DNA of 64,000 nt from a virus (Duplodnaviria > Caudoviricetes). The stretch covers positions 2,460 to 66,459 of the IMG/VR virus record IMGVR_UViG_3300014039_000538; one strand, 5' to 3'. Position numbers and translations under genes: made by a program. Below the pieces are notes generated by a model. That model worked only from the letters and a program-made list of their open reading frames with translations, ran no database searches and had not been told where the DNA came from. Below, one piece after another: positions 17,377 through 27,789 of the stretch (its first letter is position 1; each line of letters opens with the position of its first letter).

Positions 17377-19083
17377 TTACACTTCTACGGTCGAACTGTA
17401 GACCTTGTTTGTCGCGGTAATAAATACAAAGTTGTTTGGAGCGCGGATATATCTGTCAAATGTCAAATAAATCTTGTCGCCGTCAAAACGTACTTTTGCA
17501 TTTTCGTAAAGGTTTGCGCCATTCTTTGTGATAAGAGAATCCGCATACCATTCTTTAGACTTGTTTTCCAAAGTCTGAATGATTGAACTTTCAGAAGGCT
17601 CGTCGTTTGTACCGATACGGCGATTAAACGCCTTGCGCAAGTCTCTATCCATGTAAAGAACGGAACGAATCATAGAACGCTCGTTCAGGACAAGAGAATC
17701 GCCCTGATAAGTTGTGATACAACGAATACAAACAAGTTCGCCGTCGTCATTCTCGCCGAATGTTACAACGCCGCCGGCAATCATTTTGTTAAGTTCGCTC
17801 TCTTTGTACTTTGTGCCAAAAGAACTAACCTTGATTGTCTTGTTTGTAAGCGGATTGCTTACACCGATTGCACTTTCAATACCTGCGCATTTACAAGCCA
17901 AAAGTGCAGGAGTGATTTCTTCACTTGCACCTGTAAGCGGATTGTTTGCAACTGCGCTTGTACAAACGAGTGAAACAAGTTCGCTATTATAAGTTTTAGC
18001 CTGTGTAATGGCGTTATCAATGCTTGTACCTTTTGGAGTACCAATCCAACAAGTACGCTCTTTTTTCTTGCTTACTGTAGACATACTTACACAATGGTCT
18101 ACGATAAGTGAGCAAATATCGCTATCGGTTTCAGGTGTCGCGATAATCTGAATATCTTCTTTTTCAAGAAGATTGATTGCGGTTTCCCAATCCGATGTTG
18201 TAGCCGTACCTGCGCTTGCGCCTGAAAAATACTCATATCCTTCGTCATTGTCCGGGATAAGACGGCTAGCACCTGTAAGAGTAACATTACCCTCGCCGAT
18301 GTACTGAACACTTTCCAGTGCTTCGATAAGTGCCTGTAAATCACTGTTGAAAGTTGCAGCGGTGTCAAGAACACTTACGCCTGATACATGGTCAAGCTGC
18401 TTTGTTGGTGTGTTTGGTGTGGTATCAATCAATGTTGCGCTATAAACGCCCGAATCATTGATTTTTGCTACCAGTTCGTCAAGAATTTCGCACTCTTCCC
18501 ATGTGATAGAAAGATTGTCTGCGGTAACATCTGTAGTAAGTGTCAAGCCTGTAGCGTTGATTGTACAAGCCGCGCTTGCACCTTCACCCAAGTAAAGAAT
18601 TGAGAATGATTTTTTTGTGATGTTGTCGATTTCAACTTCACTGCCCTTGTAGTTTACAAGAACTTTTTTTCCTGTAGTTCCTGCTTTAAGCCACATTTTC
18701 AACTGATTCATGTGTGCGCCATAATCGGCACTTTTCAAAGTAAGAACTGATGTGCTGCCGTTTTTGAGTGTACGGCTAGACTGTGTACCTGCATTAACGC
18801 GCATACAGTAAACCTGCTGCGGAACATAGGTATTTGAGCCATTGAAAGCCTGTGCGACTGCTTCAAGAAGTGTACCGCTAACAAGAAGGTCTTTAGCCTC
18901 TGCCTTGTCCGATACGGCGTGAAGTGTCAAAGGTTTTCCGCCCATTGATGTACCGATGATACAAAGGTTTCCACTGGAAACGCCTGTACCTGCGCCTACT
19001 GTATTACGACGAGAATATGTTCCCGGAATGTAATGACTTGAAGACTGTCCGGCACTGTTGAATTTTGCTGCTGAAACGCCCAT
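17377..19083 (-). CDS. Tail sheath protein
   Basis: 568 aa, HYIPGTYSR...CIIGTSMGGKP N-terminus and C-terminus typical of sheath proteins. Confidence 0.85.
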   Translation of the reverse strand: MGVSAAKFNSAGQSSSHYIPGTYSRRNTVGAGTGVSSGNLCIIGTSMGGKPLTLHAVSDKAEAKDLLVSGTLLEAVAQAFNGSNTYVPQQVYCMRVNAGTQSSRTLKNGSTSVLTLKSADYGAHMNQLKMWLKAGTTGKKVLVNYKGSEVEIDNITKKSFSILYLGEGASAACTINATGLTLTTDVTADNLSITWEECEILDELVAKINDSGVYSATLIDTTPNTPTKQLDHVSGVSVLDTAATFNSDLQALIEALESVQYIGEGNVTLTGASRLIPDNDEGYEYFSGASAGTATTSDWETAINLLEKEDIQIIATPETDSDICSLIVDHCVSMSTVSKKKERTCWIGTPKGTSIDNAITQAKTYNSELVSLVCTSAVANNPLTGASEEITPALLACKCAGIESAIGVSNPLTNKTIKVSSFGTKYKESELNKMIAGGVVTFGENDDGELVCIRCITTYQGDSLVLNERSMIRSVLYMDRDLRKAFNRRIGTNDEPSESSIIQTLENKSKEWYADSLITKNGANLYENAKVRFDGDKIYLTFDRYIRAPNNFVFITATNKVYSSTVEV

Positions 19084-19095
19084 ATTTCAACCCCC

Positions 19096-19350
19096 TTAAA
19101 TTGACCCAACTTTGCGGTTACGAACCCATTCGTAAAGTTCGTCCCACTCTTCCAAAGTGTGAACCTCGCTCTTGTAACGGTTTTTCATTACTGCCGTCCA
19201 ACTGCGCGAAAGTTCACGAACCTGACAATACCGTACAACGCCCATTCTTTTAGGAGTTGCAGCGGCTACCGTTGCCGTAGATGTAGATACAGAAGTAACT
19301 TCCTCTGCAACTTCCTCTACGGATTCCGACAAAGTGCTTTTACTTGCCAT
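19096..19350 (-). CDS. Hypothetical protein
   Basis: 84-aa ORF with RBS filling the operon gap. Confidence 0.6.
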   Translation of the reverse strand: MASKSTLSESVEEVAEEVTSVSTSTATVAAATPKRMGVVRYCQVRELSRSWTAVMKNRYKSEVHTLEEWDELYEWVRNRKVGSI

Positions 19351-20107
19351 AATTGTTTGCCTCCGTGATTATTTCTTTGCTTACATCTGTAAGTTCTGTG
19401 TTCAACACAATTTGCTCGACGCAATAATTCACATCAAGCGAAATGTGCGCGCCGCTCAATGCGACATCAAAATCAAAGTTGTAGTTGTTGCTTCTGTGTC
19501 CTACAATCGTATTGTCAAAAATCGCAATATCAAAAAAACTGTATCTTGCTTCCAAAAGATGTGTAAGATTGCCGGTGATAAAAAGTCTTAACTGCTCGTA
19601 AATCTCATTTTTAAGCTGCACATTTTCCGCCCATACCTCAAAGCCTAAAGTATCTTTGCGGCGGATTCTCATAGAATAACCGTAACAATAATTCTGTTTT
19701 TTGATTGTCGCTTTAATCGCGTCCAGTGTTTCATCATCAACTACCGTACAAAGCCCCGGAATTTCTCTTGTTTTCTGAACGCCCTTTTTATTTATGTATG
19801 TTTCTGTCGTTTTTGTGATTGCTTCAAGGTCGCTTTCTGTAATTCCTATACCGTCGGTTTGTGTAATAGCCAGTTCGTCAAACTCATACGGTTTTCGGTC
19901 TTCCTGTGTAGTGATTACGACACAAGGAAATGAATCGCTCGCGTTTTGTCCTTCATGCAGATATAACTCCGCAAATGGGTGTTCGGTCGTTACTGATATG
20001 TGGAAGTTTTTATATTTATTATCCAAATGCAGCGTGTCAAAATATTCTCTTACAAGCGCAACAAGAGCCTGTTCTAAGATTATTCCACGGTTTAAATAAC
20101 ACAACAT
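19340..20107 (-). CDS. Tail completion/neck protein (putative)
   Basis: Likely start MLCYLNRG at 20107 (ORF-track extension runs through the leader terminator); upstream of sheath. Confidence 0.55.
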   Translation of the reverse strand: MLCYLNRGIILEQALVALVREYFDTLHLDNKYKNFHISVTTEHPFAELYLHEGQNASDSFPCVVITTQEDRKPYEFDELAITQTDGIGITESDLEAITKTTETYINKKGVQKTREIPGLCTVVDDETLDAIKATIKKQNYCYGYSMRIRRKDTLGFEVWAENVQLKNEIYEQLRLFITGNLTHLLEARYSFFDIAIFDNTIVGHRSNNYNFDFDVALSGAHISLDVNYCVEQIVLNTELTDVSKEIITEANNYGK

Positions 20108-20132
20108 TTTTCGTCCGCACCTCGAATGAAAT

Positions 20133-20267
20133 AAAAAAAAGACAACGCAAAACACGGTCTTTCCGCGCCTACGCTGCCTTTCCATAAGTGCAAACGATAT
20201 GACAAAATAATTATCTTAAAATAATATTATTCCCTTATAGAATACTTGCAAAACCCTCTGTTGTCAA
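20133..20267 (-). promoter_or_regulatory. Leader cassette B: promoter, conserved box, terminator
   Basis: TTGACA-N17-TATTCT (20267-20239); TTTGCACT-N6-AAGGCAG (20194-20174); G-U-containing hairpin; U8 at 20133-20140. Confidence 0.72.
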
Positions 20268-20275
20268 TGCAACAA

Positions 20276-21091
20276 CTATATACCCAAGTCCTGTTCAAGT
20301 CCTGCCTCTAAGATGTCCTCGACATTCTGCCTTGTAGTCTTCTCAACTGCACTTACAACATCGTTTGCAGGTACTTCTTTTCTTACCCACGCGCTTTCAG
20401 GAGACTTTGCCGAAATAATGCGGAATGTAAAATAAGTGCTGCCGGTATTACTGCGCATTTTTACCATACCGTTAGCGTTTCCGGCGTCCTCGTCCTTTAT
20501 CCTGTCGCCCCAGTCGTACTCTGCGCGTTCTATGTTTTCGCCCTTAAAGTTTGCTTCCGGGTGTGTGTTTTCCGTTGTTTCCGACTTTCTGAACTTCCGA
20601 GACTGTAATATTTTGTAGACTTCCAAAGGAATTGTATTGCCAAAATGCGCCCTTGCGCTGCCGTCCTTGTTCGGTGTACCCCAACGGAAAGGAATAATAA
20701 GATATGGCACGCCCTTATTTTTGCCGCTCTGTGTTACGCGGCTTTTCTTTCCGTATGGATATTTAGTCTTCATATCAAATTCAGGGCTTCCGTTCTGAAT
20801 CCGCTCCATATAGCGCGAATCGGTCTCAATGCTCATGTCAAAATCATTTATTTTTCTGATATGAATACTGGAAGCAAGCCGGGAATTAGGATTTTTAATA
20901 TCCGCCGCGCCGATTAAACTACCGCCCATAGCCCAATTCTGCCATGATTTTTGAATCAGTTTTGCAGCCATATTAAAGGCGCGTGAAGTTCCCGGCATAA
21001 CCTTTGCACCTGCTCCGCCTGAAAGCCCTGCAAGGTTTTCTTTTAATTGAGAAATTAAATCGTTGTTCAAGTCTACGCTAATTCTAATCAT
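20276..21091 (-). CDS. Neck/head-tail joining protein
   Basis: FDMK...YLIIPFRWGTP...YFTFRIIS..S..SAW pattern resembling neck proteins of SPO1/K-like myoviruses; position. Confidence 0.55.
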   Translation of the reverse strand: MIRISVDLNNDLISQLKENLAGLSGGAGAKVMPGTSRAFNMAAKLIQKSWQNWAMGGSLIGAADIKNPNSRLASSIHIRKINDFDMSIETDSRYMERIQNGSPEFDMKTKYPYGKKSRVTQSGKNKGVPYLIIPFRWGTPNKDGSARAHFGNTIPLEVYKILQSRKFRKSETTENTHPEANFKGENIERAEYDWGDRIKDEDAGNANGMVKMRSNTGSTYFTFRIISAKSPESAWVRKEVPANDVVSAVEKTTRQNVEDILEAGLEQDLGI

Positions 21092-21302
21092 TTACGTCTC
21101 TGAAAACTCTGATTTTCCGCCGATAATTTTTATATGCGTACAGATACATATTATACAAAATGGAAAACCGAACATCGCTATTATTGTGATTCCTGCGGCG
21201 CAAAAGTTGATGGCTCCGCCCCTGCCGAGTTTCTCCTGCCACAAGAGTATTACGAAAAGAACCTTTGCCCATTCTGCAAGCATGAACTTACAAAGAAAAA
21301 AA

Positions 21303-21500
21303 CTAATCAAGCGGAAAATCCTGTTGAATAATCATGTGCATAAAAAGTTTAGGCTTATCATCTTCCGCGCTTATAACTTCCGGCTCGTAAATCCTTACGA
21401 GTTCATAGCCTTTTTCTTCCAAGATTTTTGCGATTTTATCTCCTTCATCTTTCGCCGCCTTGCGGAATTTCATGTAATTGTCAAAGTCTGCCTTTGTCAT
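21303..21500 (-). CDS. Hypothetical protein
   Basis: 65-aa hydrophilic ORF, GGGGT RBS. Confidence 0.6.
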   Translation of the reverse strand: MTKADFDNYMKFRKAAKDEGDKIAKILEEKGYELVRIYEPEVISAEDDKPKLFMHMIIQQDFPLD

Positions 21501-21504
21501 TTTG

Positions 21505-23625
21505 CTACCCCCATATCTGCAAAAAGTGTTTTTTTATTTCTTCTACTCGTACTAAGCAGGATTTTTTGATTCCATTATCAATTTTGCTTAACAACACTTT
21601 ATAAATCGCTTTAGAAAGTTTTTGAGCCTTTTCTCCATTTGTTAGATAATCGCTCACTCCTTCTGCAATACATTCAGCGTCGCTAGTCATTGCATAGCGT
21701 GAAATATCCCACATTTCTGAAAGTGAAGGATATTTTTCTAATTCGTTTTCTGTTGGATATTGAGAACGCTTTGCTCTTCTTTTATCACCAATTCCCAAAG
21801 ATTTTAATGCTTCATCAATTATCAATTTATTTACTTTATTACAACTTTCTTCATGGTATTTGATTCTTACATGACTTTCAGCAATTTCATACTTCCTACG
21901 AACACTTACAATTTCTGTTTTATCGCCTTCCTTTTTGAAGTTTTCAAAAGTTCCGTATTTTTCCCTGTAGTTTTGTGCTTTATTTTCTTTTGAATTGTAA
22001 AACCAATATTCAAATGCCTTGTCAAAAGGTTTTATACCGAACTTCTCACCGTATGCCTTAAAAAGCATTTCACTAATTGCGTGTCCTGCTTCGTGCCGTG
22101 TAACAGCTTCGATGCTCCTACCCCTTGTAAAAGGTCTTTTTGTATCACCTATATCTTTCTTTATCTGCTCTATATTTCCAATACATAAAGAATACTCTCC
22201 AGTTGAAGATGAATTATAGAGACCTGCCCATTTAGCTCCGGGTTTAGAATACTGAATTCTTTGTATAAACTTTGGCAAATCGGGAAAATCTTCCGTCATT
22301 TTTTCAATTTCAACAAAACTTTTTAGACATTGCTCAAACGGAACTTCTCCATGTCTTACGACAATATCGAGATTATATTTATCTTTTGCGTAATTTTTCA
22401 GTTCAGAAATGTTTTTACAGACATCTTTTGCATATTTCTGCTCTTTCTGTTTGGTTGAAGATTGACCTTCATCTTGTTGCCTATTGTAAAATTTTTCTTT
22501 TTCATTGACATTGTTGTAATCTTGCGCTATATTATTTTTAGGAGCGTCCGTATTTGGTGGGTAACCGCCGCTACTTCCTTTCGGAAGATTGACGCTCTTT
22601 TTTATTTCTCCGAGATTGTGAACTGAAAGATAAAAATATTTTCCCTTCTTTTTCTTTTTAATAATCAATCGTATTGCGGTTTCTTTTCCGTCAATATCTG
22701 CCTTCCCCATAACAACAAAGGCAATTTTCTTTGTAACTACATCTTGATATACACTTCCTTTTACGCCGGTATTTTCTAAAATATCACGAACGAAAGGTAG
22801 GCATTTTGCTCTTCTTTCAAGCTCTTCGACATCTCTTTTTTTTCTGCCATTATAAAAGAAGTGCTTTATACTATCGCCGTCAAAGCGGATTCTAATTTTA
22901 TCGAATAATGGAGAGTTTACAGGGCTTGTATTCCATGATTCAAGCATAGATTTTAAATAATCGGTTGTTGTATTTTCAAGGTCTGAAAAATCAATCTTAC
23001 AATCTTTATCAGGTGTAGCGTTTTTCGCTTTTTCCGCAATTTTGCGATAATCGGATTTTTCAAACTTTCCGTATTTGAATCCGTATAGAGGCTCGCTTTC
23101 ACTCTTGATTTTATCACCTTTTAATTGATATTTCCTTGCGTCCACTTCCTTTTTAAGTTCCAGTACAATATCAAGCGGCTTTCCGTTTTCATCAGAAAAT
23201 CTGTGAGTATTATTCATTACGATTTCAAAAAGTTCGTCTACACTCTGCGCTTTTCTTACCCTGCCTTTAAGCCGGGCAATAGATATTTCAGTATGTTTGT
23301 CGTGAGTATCATAGATGCTTACCCACTTTTTATTAGGCATTTTCTTGTATTTCTTGCCGTTCCATGTACGAACTTCACCAACTACGCCGACTTTACCGCC
23401 CTTTGCCATATATAAAGGGTCTGTCATGCTCTTGTAAAGTTCCTGAACGATAAAAGACTTGCTTACTTCTTCGCCGCTCTCTTCTTTTTCCTTCTTATCC
23501 AGTATTTTAAGAAGTTCGCTCTTGAAGTATTCAAGTTTACGGTCTTCCACCGATTTTTTGAGAATCCCAATATCTGATTTTCTTATTCCAAGTTTCTTTT
23601 TATTGCACATTACATAACTTGTCAT
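21505..23625 (-). CDS. Polyvalent head-region protein: shared N-terminal module, LPD3/PBECR-like domain, zincin metallopeptidase
   Basis: HEAGH...YAMTSDAECIAE zincin motif; IRFDGDSIKH...YFYLSV segment; N-terminus homologous to 33556-36000. Confidence 0.6.
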   Translation of the reverse strand: MTSYVMCNKKKLGIRKSDIGILKKSVEDRKLEYFKSELLKILDKKEKEESGEEVSKSFIVQELYKSMTDPLYMAKGGKVGVVGEVRTWNGKKYKKMPNKKWVSIYDTHDKHTEISIARLKGRVRKAQSVDELFEIVMNNTHRFSDENGKPLDIVLELKKEVDARKYQLKGDKIKSESEPLYGFKYGKFEKSDYRKIAEKAKNATPDKDCKIDFSDLENTTTDYLKSMLESWNTSPVNSPLFDKIRIRFDGDSIKHFFYNGRKKRDVEELERRAKCLPFVRDILENTGVKGSVYQDVVTKKIAFVVMGKADIDGKETAIRLIIKKKKKGKYFYLSVHNLGEIKKSVNLPKGSSGGYPPNTDAPKNNIAQDYNNVNEKEKFYNRQQDEGQSSTKQKEQKYAKDVCKNISELKNYAKDKYNLDIVVRHGEVPFEQCLKSFVEIEKMTEDFPDLPKFIQRIQYSKPGAKWAGLYNSSSTGEYSLCIGNIEQIKKDIGDTKRPFTRGRSIEAVTRHEAGHAISEMLFKAYGEKFGIKPFDKAFEYWFYNSKENKAQNYREKYGTFENFKKEGDKTEIVSVRRKYEIAESHVRIKYHEESCNKVNKLIIDEALKSLGIGDKRRAKRSQYPTENELEKYPSLSEMWDISRYAMTSDAECIAEGVSDYLTNGEKAQKLSKAIYKVLLSKIDNGIKKSCLVRVEEIKKHFLQIWG

Positions 23626-24806
23626 TTCTTGTTTACCCCTCGTTTTTCGCCGTATGTATCGTAAAGTTTAATAACGGCTTTTTTCGGCATACGCTGATTT
23701 TCACTCGTTCTAATCTGCGGAATCGACTTAACAACTTTGTATGTCGGGAATACCTTATAAGTCAAAGAATAACCTTCGCCGTCGTCCGGGCAATCATCGC
23801 AAAGCCATTTAAGATAGTTTGCGCCGCACAAGATAAAATCCGTACCCTGCACATATTCCCGGCCTTTTCCTATGCAGCTTACAATTTCATCAACGAAATA
23901 CGCCGGAATAACATCATAATCAGCGTCTTTTTTGCTCACTACGCTTTTTTGTGTATAAGTTCCGCTCAATACTGTTATGACATCATCAAGCGCGACATCA
24001 TAAGCGTATGGGAATGTAAGAACGCCGTCGCCGTTGTTTTCCTGCATTATCTGCGCGTCCGATTTATTAAGATTCTGATTCAGGATAACAAAAGTAAACG
24101 GCGGTATGTACTGCACATTCTTTATATAAAGTGTTTCCGGCGGCTCAATTTCTGTTATTTCGCCGGTCTCTTCGTCTTCAACTTCACGCGGTTTTACAAA
24201 AATACAATCCTGTCTTATTTCGCCGATTTCGTAAGTATTGCCGTCAATATCTTTTACTTCCTCGACGCTTTCAATATCACCCGGCGCGGTATGGAATAAG
24301 CCTTCTGTCTTCATTCTTGAACTACGCAAGCCCATTACCCTGTAATATCCGCTACCAACACTTACCGCCGTTGTAGTCTCTACGGTCTGCAAAATATCCT
24401 GCTCCATAACGGCGGTAACATAAACACCTTTTACCGGCAATAAAGGCGTATTAAGCATTACGAAAGAACCAACCTTTGTCGCGTTTTCGTAAACTCTGCC
24501 GGAATTGTCATAACATTTTGTCAATGGGCAATCTACAAACTCCGCGTCAAGTTCAATCATTCCTGAACTATCGCGAATCATTACAGTTTGTGAGACTACC
24601 GCTTTTTTCTGATAACCAAAAATAACACCAAGTCCGCCGCATTTTTTACAATGAATATCCGGCTGCATAGAGTTTTCTTTGACACAAGGGCATTTTGTAG
24701 CGACGCGCCACCTTACCCACTGTCCGTGTCTTTGAATGAGTGCCTCATAATTTTCTTTACCAAGTTCAAGTTGAACCGGGCTGTCCTTGCCAAGCCCCTG
24801 TCCCAT
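23622..24806 (-). CDS. Head completion/neck protein
   Basis: W..ATKCPC....C..CGG.G motif seen in head-completion proteins of SPO1/K-like phages. Confidence 0.6.
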   Translation of the reverse strand: MGQGLGKDSPVQLELGKENYEALIQRHGQWVRWRVATKCPCVKENSMQPDIHCKKCGGLGVIFGYQKKAVVSQTVMIRDSSGMIELDAEFVDCPLTKCYDNSGRVYENATKVGSFVMLNTPLLPVKGVYVTAVMEQDILQTVETTTAVSVGSGYYRVMGLRSSRMKTEGLFHTAPGDIESVEEVKDIDGNTYEIGEIRQDCIFVKPREVEDEETGEITEIEPPETLYIKNVQYIPPFTFVILNQNLNKSDAQIMQENNGDGVLTFPYAYDVALDDVITVLSGTYTQKSVVSKKDADYDVIPAYFVDEIVSCIGKGREYVQGTDFILCGANYLKWLCDDCPDDGEGYSLTYKVFPTYKVVKSIPQIRTSENQRMPKKAVIKLYDTYGEKRGVNKK

Positions 24807-24849
24807 TTGTCAGCCTCTATATAATTTTTGGAAGATAATTTTCACAATG

Positions 24850-25977
24850 CTAAATTGAGCCGATTGCCATATTCGCAAATTTGTTTTTGTTTGCTTTTAT
24901 ATATTCTTTTACATCGTCCTTATACACGGCAACACGCGCGCCGAAATAAGCGCTGGTAGCCGACTGTGTGGAGCTGAATGATTCTGAAAGTCCGTCCATG
25001 CTCAAAGAACTTGAAGAAAATCCCGACATCAAGCCGTCGCCAATAATGTTCAAAAGGCTTATTGCAGCCTGTTTAGCAATAACTTCTCTTAAATCCTGCG
25101 GAATCTCGTCCGATGTTTCGTAACCTGCGTCATAATCTATTGCATAGAATAACTGTGCGGATAATGTTTGATTTCCGTAAATGCCTATAGCGGTCTGAAT
25201 ACCGCTTGAAGTTTCGGAAGGTCTTATAGGGCGTTCCATGAGTTTAAGAATGCCTTTTGTTTTATCAATAATGGTAGTCTGTGTAAGGTCTTTTACGCCC
25301 TGCCAACGAGTAAGCAATGAAAGTTTGTGAAGTTTAATAATCGGTTTGCGGCGTGTTTTGATATATCCATATCGTGAAATTCGCGAAAATTTGAAGTCGT
25401 AAACCGCTTCGTCTATGTCATAATCAGAACCTTTTGCAAGATTTCTTTCTGCTGCATTGTATCTGATTTTCTTTTTCTTAATCGTAATATCAAGCTGCCG
25501 TTCCAATTCTGCGACCGCCGAATCAATGAAATACTGAATCTGTTCGTCAGTATAACTCTGTCCGTTTGTAGCCTTAAAATCTGTACCCCAAAGGTAAGTA
25601 AATCTCAAATCATCAGGCGTTACGATGTTTCCCCACTGTCCGGCAGGCACTTTATAGTTTCCGAAAGTGTAGCCTATTGCACCGTCGCCGCCGTTTCTCA
25701 CCCAGTTTGAATAAATATAATCTGCGCCCTGTGGATTTTCCGCTTCAAAATCAACATAGCGGTATGCGTAAAGTGTGTTTGATTCTGCGTTTGAATCGAC
25801 AATATCACCGTTTACGGCGATTGCCGGATTCTCTTCATCAGGAGTGCAAAAACCGTTAGCCGTCCAAACAAGATATGTATCATCATCGTATGAATGTCTT
25901 TCAAGCCGATAACTTGAATGTGCATTATCGCTGATTGACACTAAAATCTTGTTGTTTATTGAACTTGCAGTAATCAA
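24850..25977 (-). CDS. Head-tail adaptor protein (putative)
   Basis: Follows capsid; IDSAVAELERQLDI...YDAGY...IPQDL...SLSMDGLSES. Confidence 0.6.
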   Translation of the reverse strand: MITASSINNKILVSISDNAHSSYRLERHSYDDDTYLVWTANGFCTPDEENPAIAVNGDIVDSNAESNTLYAYRYVDFEAENPQGADYIYSNWVRNGGDGAIGYTFGNYKVPAGQWGNIVTPDDLRFTYLWGTDFKATNGQSYTDEQIQYFIDSAVAELERQLDITIKKKKIRYNAAERNLAKGSDYDIDEAVYDFKFSRISRYGYIKTRRKPIIKLHKLSLLTRWQGVKDLTQTTIIDKTKGILKLMERPIRPSETSSGIQTAIGIYGNQTLSAQLFYAIDYDAGYETSDEIPQDLREVIAKQAAISLLNIIGDGLMSGFSSSSLSMDGLSESFSSTQSATSAYFGARVAVYKDDVKEYIKANKNKFANMAIGSI

Positions 25978-26002
25978 TTTTCACACTCCTTTTTGAAGAT
26001 TC

Positions 26003-26386
26003 TTATTTTGTGAAAGAGAATCCCGGTACATCTTTGAAATGCAGCGCGTCCTCTAACTTGACTTTGGCAAAGCCTTCATCGTCAAAAGTAATGACTTCGC
26101 CGGTAGAACCTGTAACCGAGCGACCGGCTCTTTTTACCGACCACACATTTACAGTTCCGTCAGAATTGACTTTGAACGGCAAGCCGCTCTCGTCCTTCTG
26201 TTCGGGCTTTTCAGTAACCGCCGGTTTAGAATCTTCCTGCGATTCTGCCTTTTCTACTGTTGTTGCGTCAGTCTTTACTTCTGCGACTGTCTCAACCTTT
26301 TCAGTAACCGCCGGTTTAGCAGCGGCTACTGTAGGCTTTTTGGCAACATCAGTTTTCTGTGTCTTTGATGTTGTTGTTTTTGCCAT
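26003..26386 (-). CDS. Hypothetical protein (low-complexity N-terminus)
   Basis: 127-aa ORF coupled to the capsid stop codon. Confidence 0.6.
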   Translation of the reverse strand: MAKTTTSKTQKTDVAKKPTVAAAKPAVTEKVETVAEVKTDATTVEKAESQEDSKPAVTEKPEQKDESGLPFKVNSDGTVNVWSVKRAGRSVTGSTGEVITFDDEGFAKVKLEDALHFKDVPGFSFTK

Positions 26387-27789
26387 TAGTACAAGCCTCC
26401 GTTGTAAGAAATGTTCTTAACAAGTCCACAATGTTTAGGCGCACGAACTTCGAGACCACCGTAAAGCATTACGAGGAACGGAGTTTCTGCGGTGTTTGTA
26501 GGCGCGAGAGGGAATGTACAAGCCGGGAGCAACTGTCCGAATGTGTACACCGGCTGAAAACGCTTCTTTGGAAGGAAAATCATAGAAGCAGTTCCCGGAA
26601 GTTCATCGTTTGTATCTTCGTAAACGGTTGTAGCGTTTCCGCTATTTGCTACCTTATCCATTTCCATTACCTTTGTTTCGTCCTTCTTAGAACGGCAGAT
26701 AATGAAGCCGGTTGCGGCAACACCTGAACCCGGTGTAATTGTAAGTGCTACTTTGTTTCCTGCGGCAACTGTTACGGCTGCGGAGATTGAAGTACCTGCG
26801 GAAATACCATACTGGTTTACGGCGTGTACAGTGTACATATAATCACCTGCGTCTGCCGCTGCGAAAGATGAGCCTGAACCACTTGCGCTTGCAGCAACGC
26901 TTGCAGGGGCGGCAGGTCTGCGAGTTGCATCGCCTTCTGCTACTACTTCGCCCTTTACTTCAAAGAACATATCATCGCCGGCTTCTTCACCGCTCAATGC
27001 AATGTTTGCACCGATTGCAGTTCCATAGTCAGGAATTGTCTTGAAAGAAAGGTTAGGAATAGGATTGTTCATCAGATAACGCTGCTTGTCAGCGAAAATT
27101 TCCTTGATGTCTTTTGCAAGAACTGTAGGGAAAAGTGCCTTGTCAAGGAATCCACCTTTAGCACGAACCATAGCGGCGATTTCGTCAAAAATCTTTTCGC
27201 CATAGTTGCCTAGTGTAGAACCTTCAAGGTTGATAATGTTCTGGTCTGCTGCGTTTGCTTTCTTGATAGAAGCAAGGAATCCGTCAAACTCTGTAGGAAC
27301 GATAGAAGAATCACCGTGGAAACACTGATATTCAGCACCCTTGATGATTGTTTCAACACCTGCAAGTTTTTCGCTTGCGAGTGCGCCTTCAAAAGTCTCT
27401 GCGGCTTCCATTTGCTTTGTAACGGAGCGGCGTGTCTGCAAGTATTTCATTGCGAAAGTCTTACGTTCAAGAGACTGGTCTGTGTCGATTGACGCACCGC
27501 CTTCTGCTACAGAAAGGTGGCGGTAATCACCGTGTCCAGTACGCAAGTTTACTTCATGCACTGTTGAGCGAACAGGTGTCTTCTTAACACTGTTCATAAC
27601 TTTACAGTCTTCTTTCAACTGCGCAACAACATTTACTACTTCTGATTCAAGATTTTCAGGAATCAGAGCGCGACCACCGGTAAACTGTGAGGAATCTGTT
27701 CCGTAACCGGCTGCAAGTGCTTTCTGCAATTCGTTTACTTCACCTGCGCTCATTTCGCCGGAAGAAACATTGTCAAAAAATCCTGCCAT
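26386..27789 (-). CDS. Major capsid protein (A511/K-like precursor)
   Basis: LQKALAAGYG...GGRALIPENLE N-terminus resembles Herelleviridae Cps; follows protease. Confidence 0.9.
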   Translation of the reverse strand: MAGFFDNVSSGEMSAGEVNELQKALAAGYGTDSSQFTGGRALIPENLESEVVNVVAQLKEDCKVMNSVKKTPVRSTVHEVNLRTGHGDYRHLSVAEGGASIDTDQSLERKTFAMKYLQTRRSVTKQMEAAETFEGALASEKLAGVETIIKGAEYQCFHGDSSIVPTEFDGFLASIKKANAADQNIINLEGSTLGNYGEKIFDEIAAMVRAKGGFLDKALFPTVLAKDIKEIFADKQRYLMNNPIPNLSFKTIPDYGTAIGANIALSGEEAGDDMFFEVKGEVVAEGDATRRPAAPASVAASASGSGSSFAAADAGDYMYTVHAVNQYGISAGTSISAAVTVAAGNKVALTITPGSGVAATGFIICRSKKDETKVMEMDKVANSGNATTVYEDTNDELPGTASMIFLPKKRFQPVYTFGQLLPACTFPLAPTNTAETPFLVMLYGGLEVRAPKHCGLVKNISYNGGLY

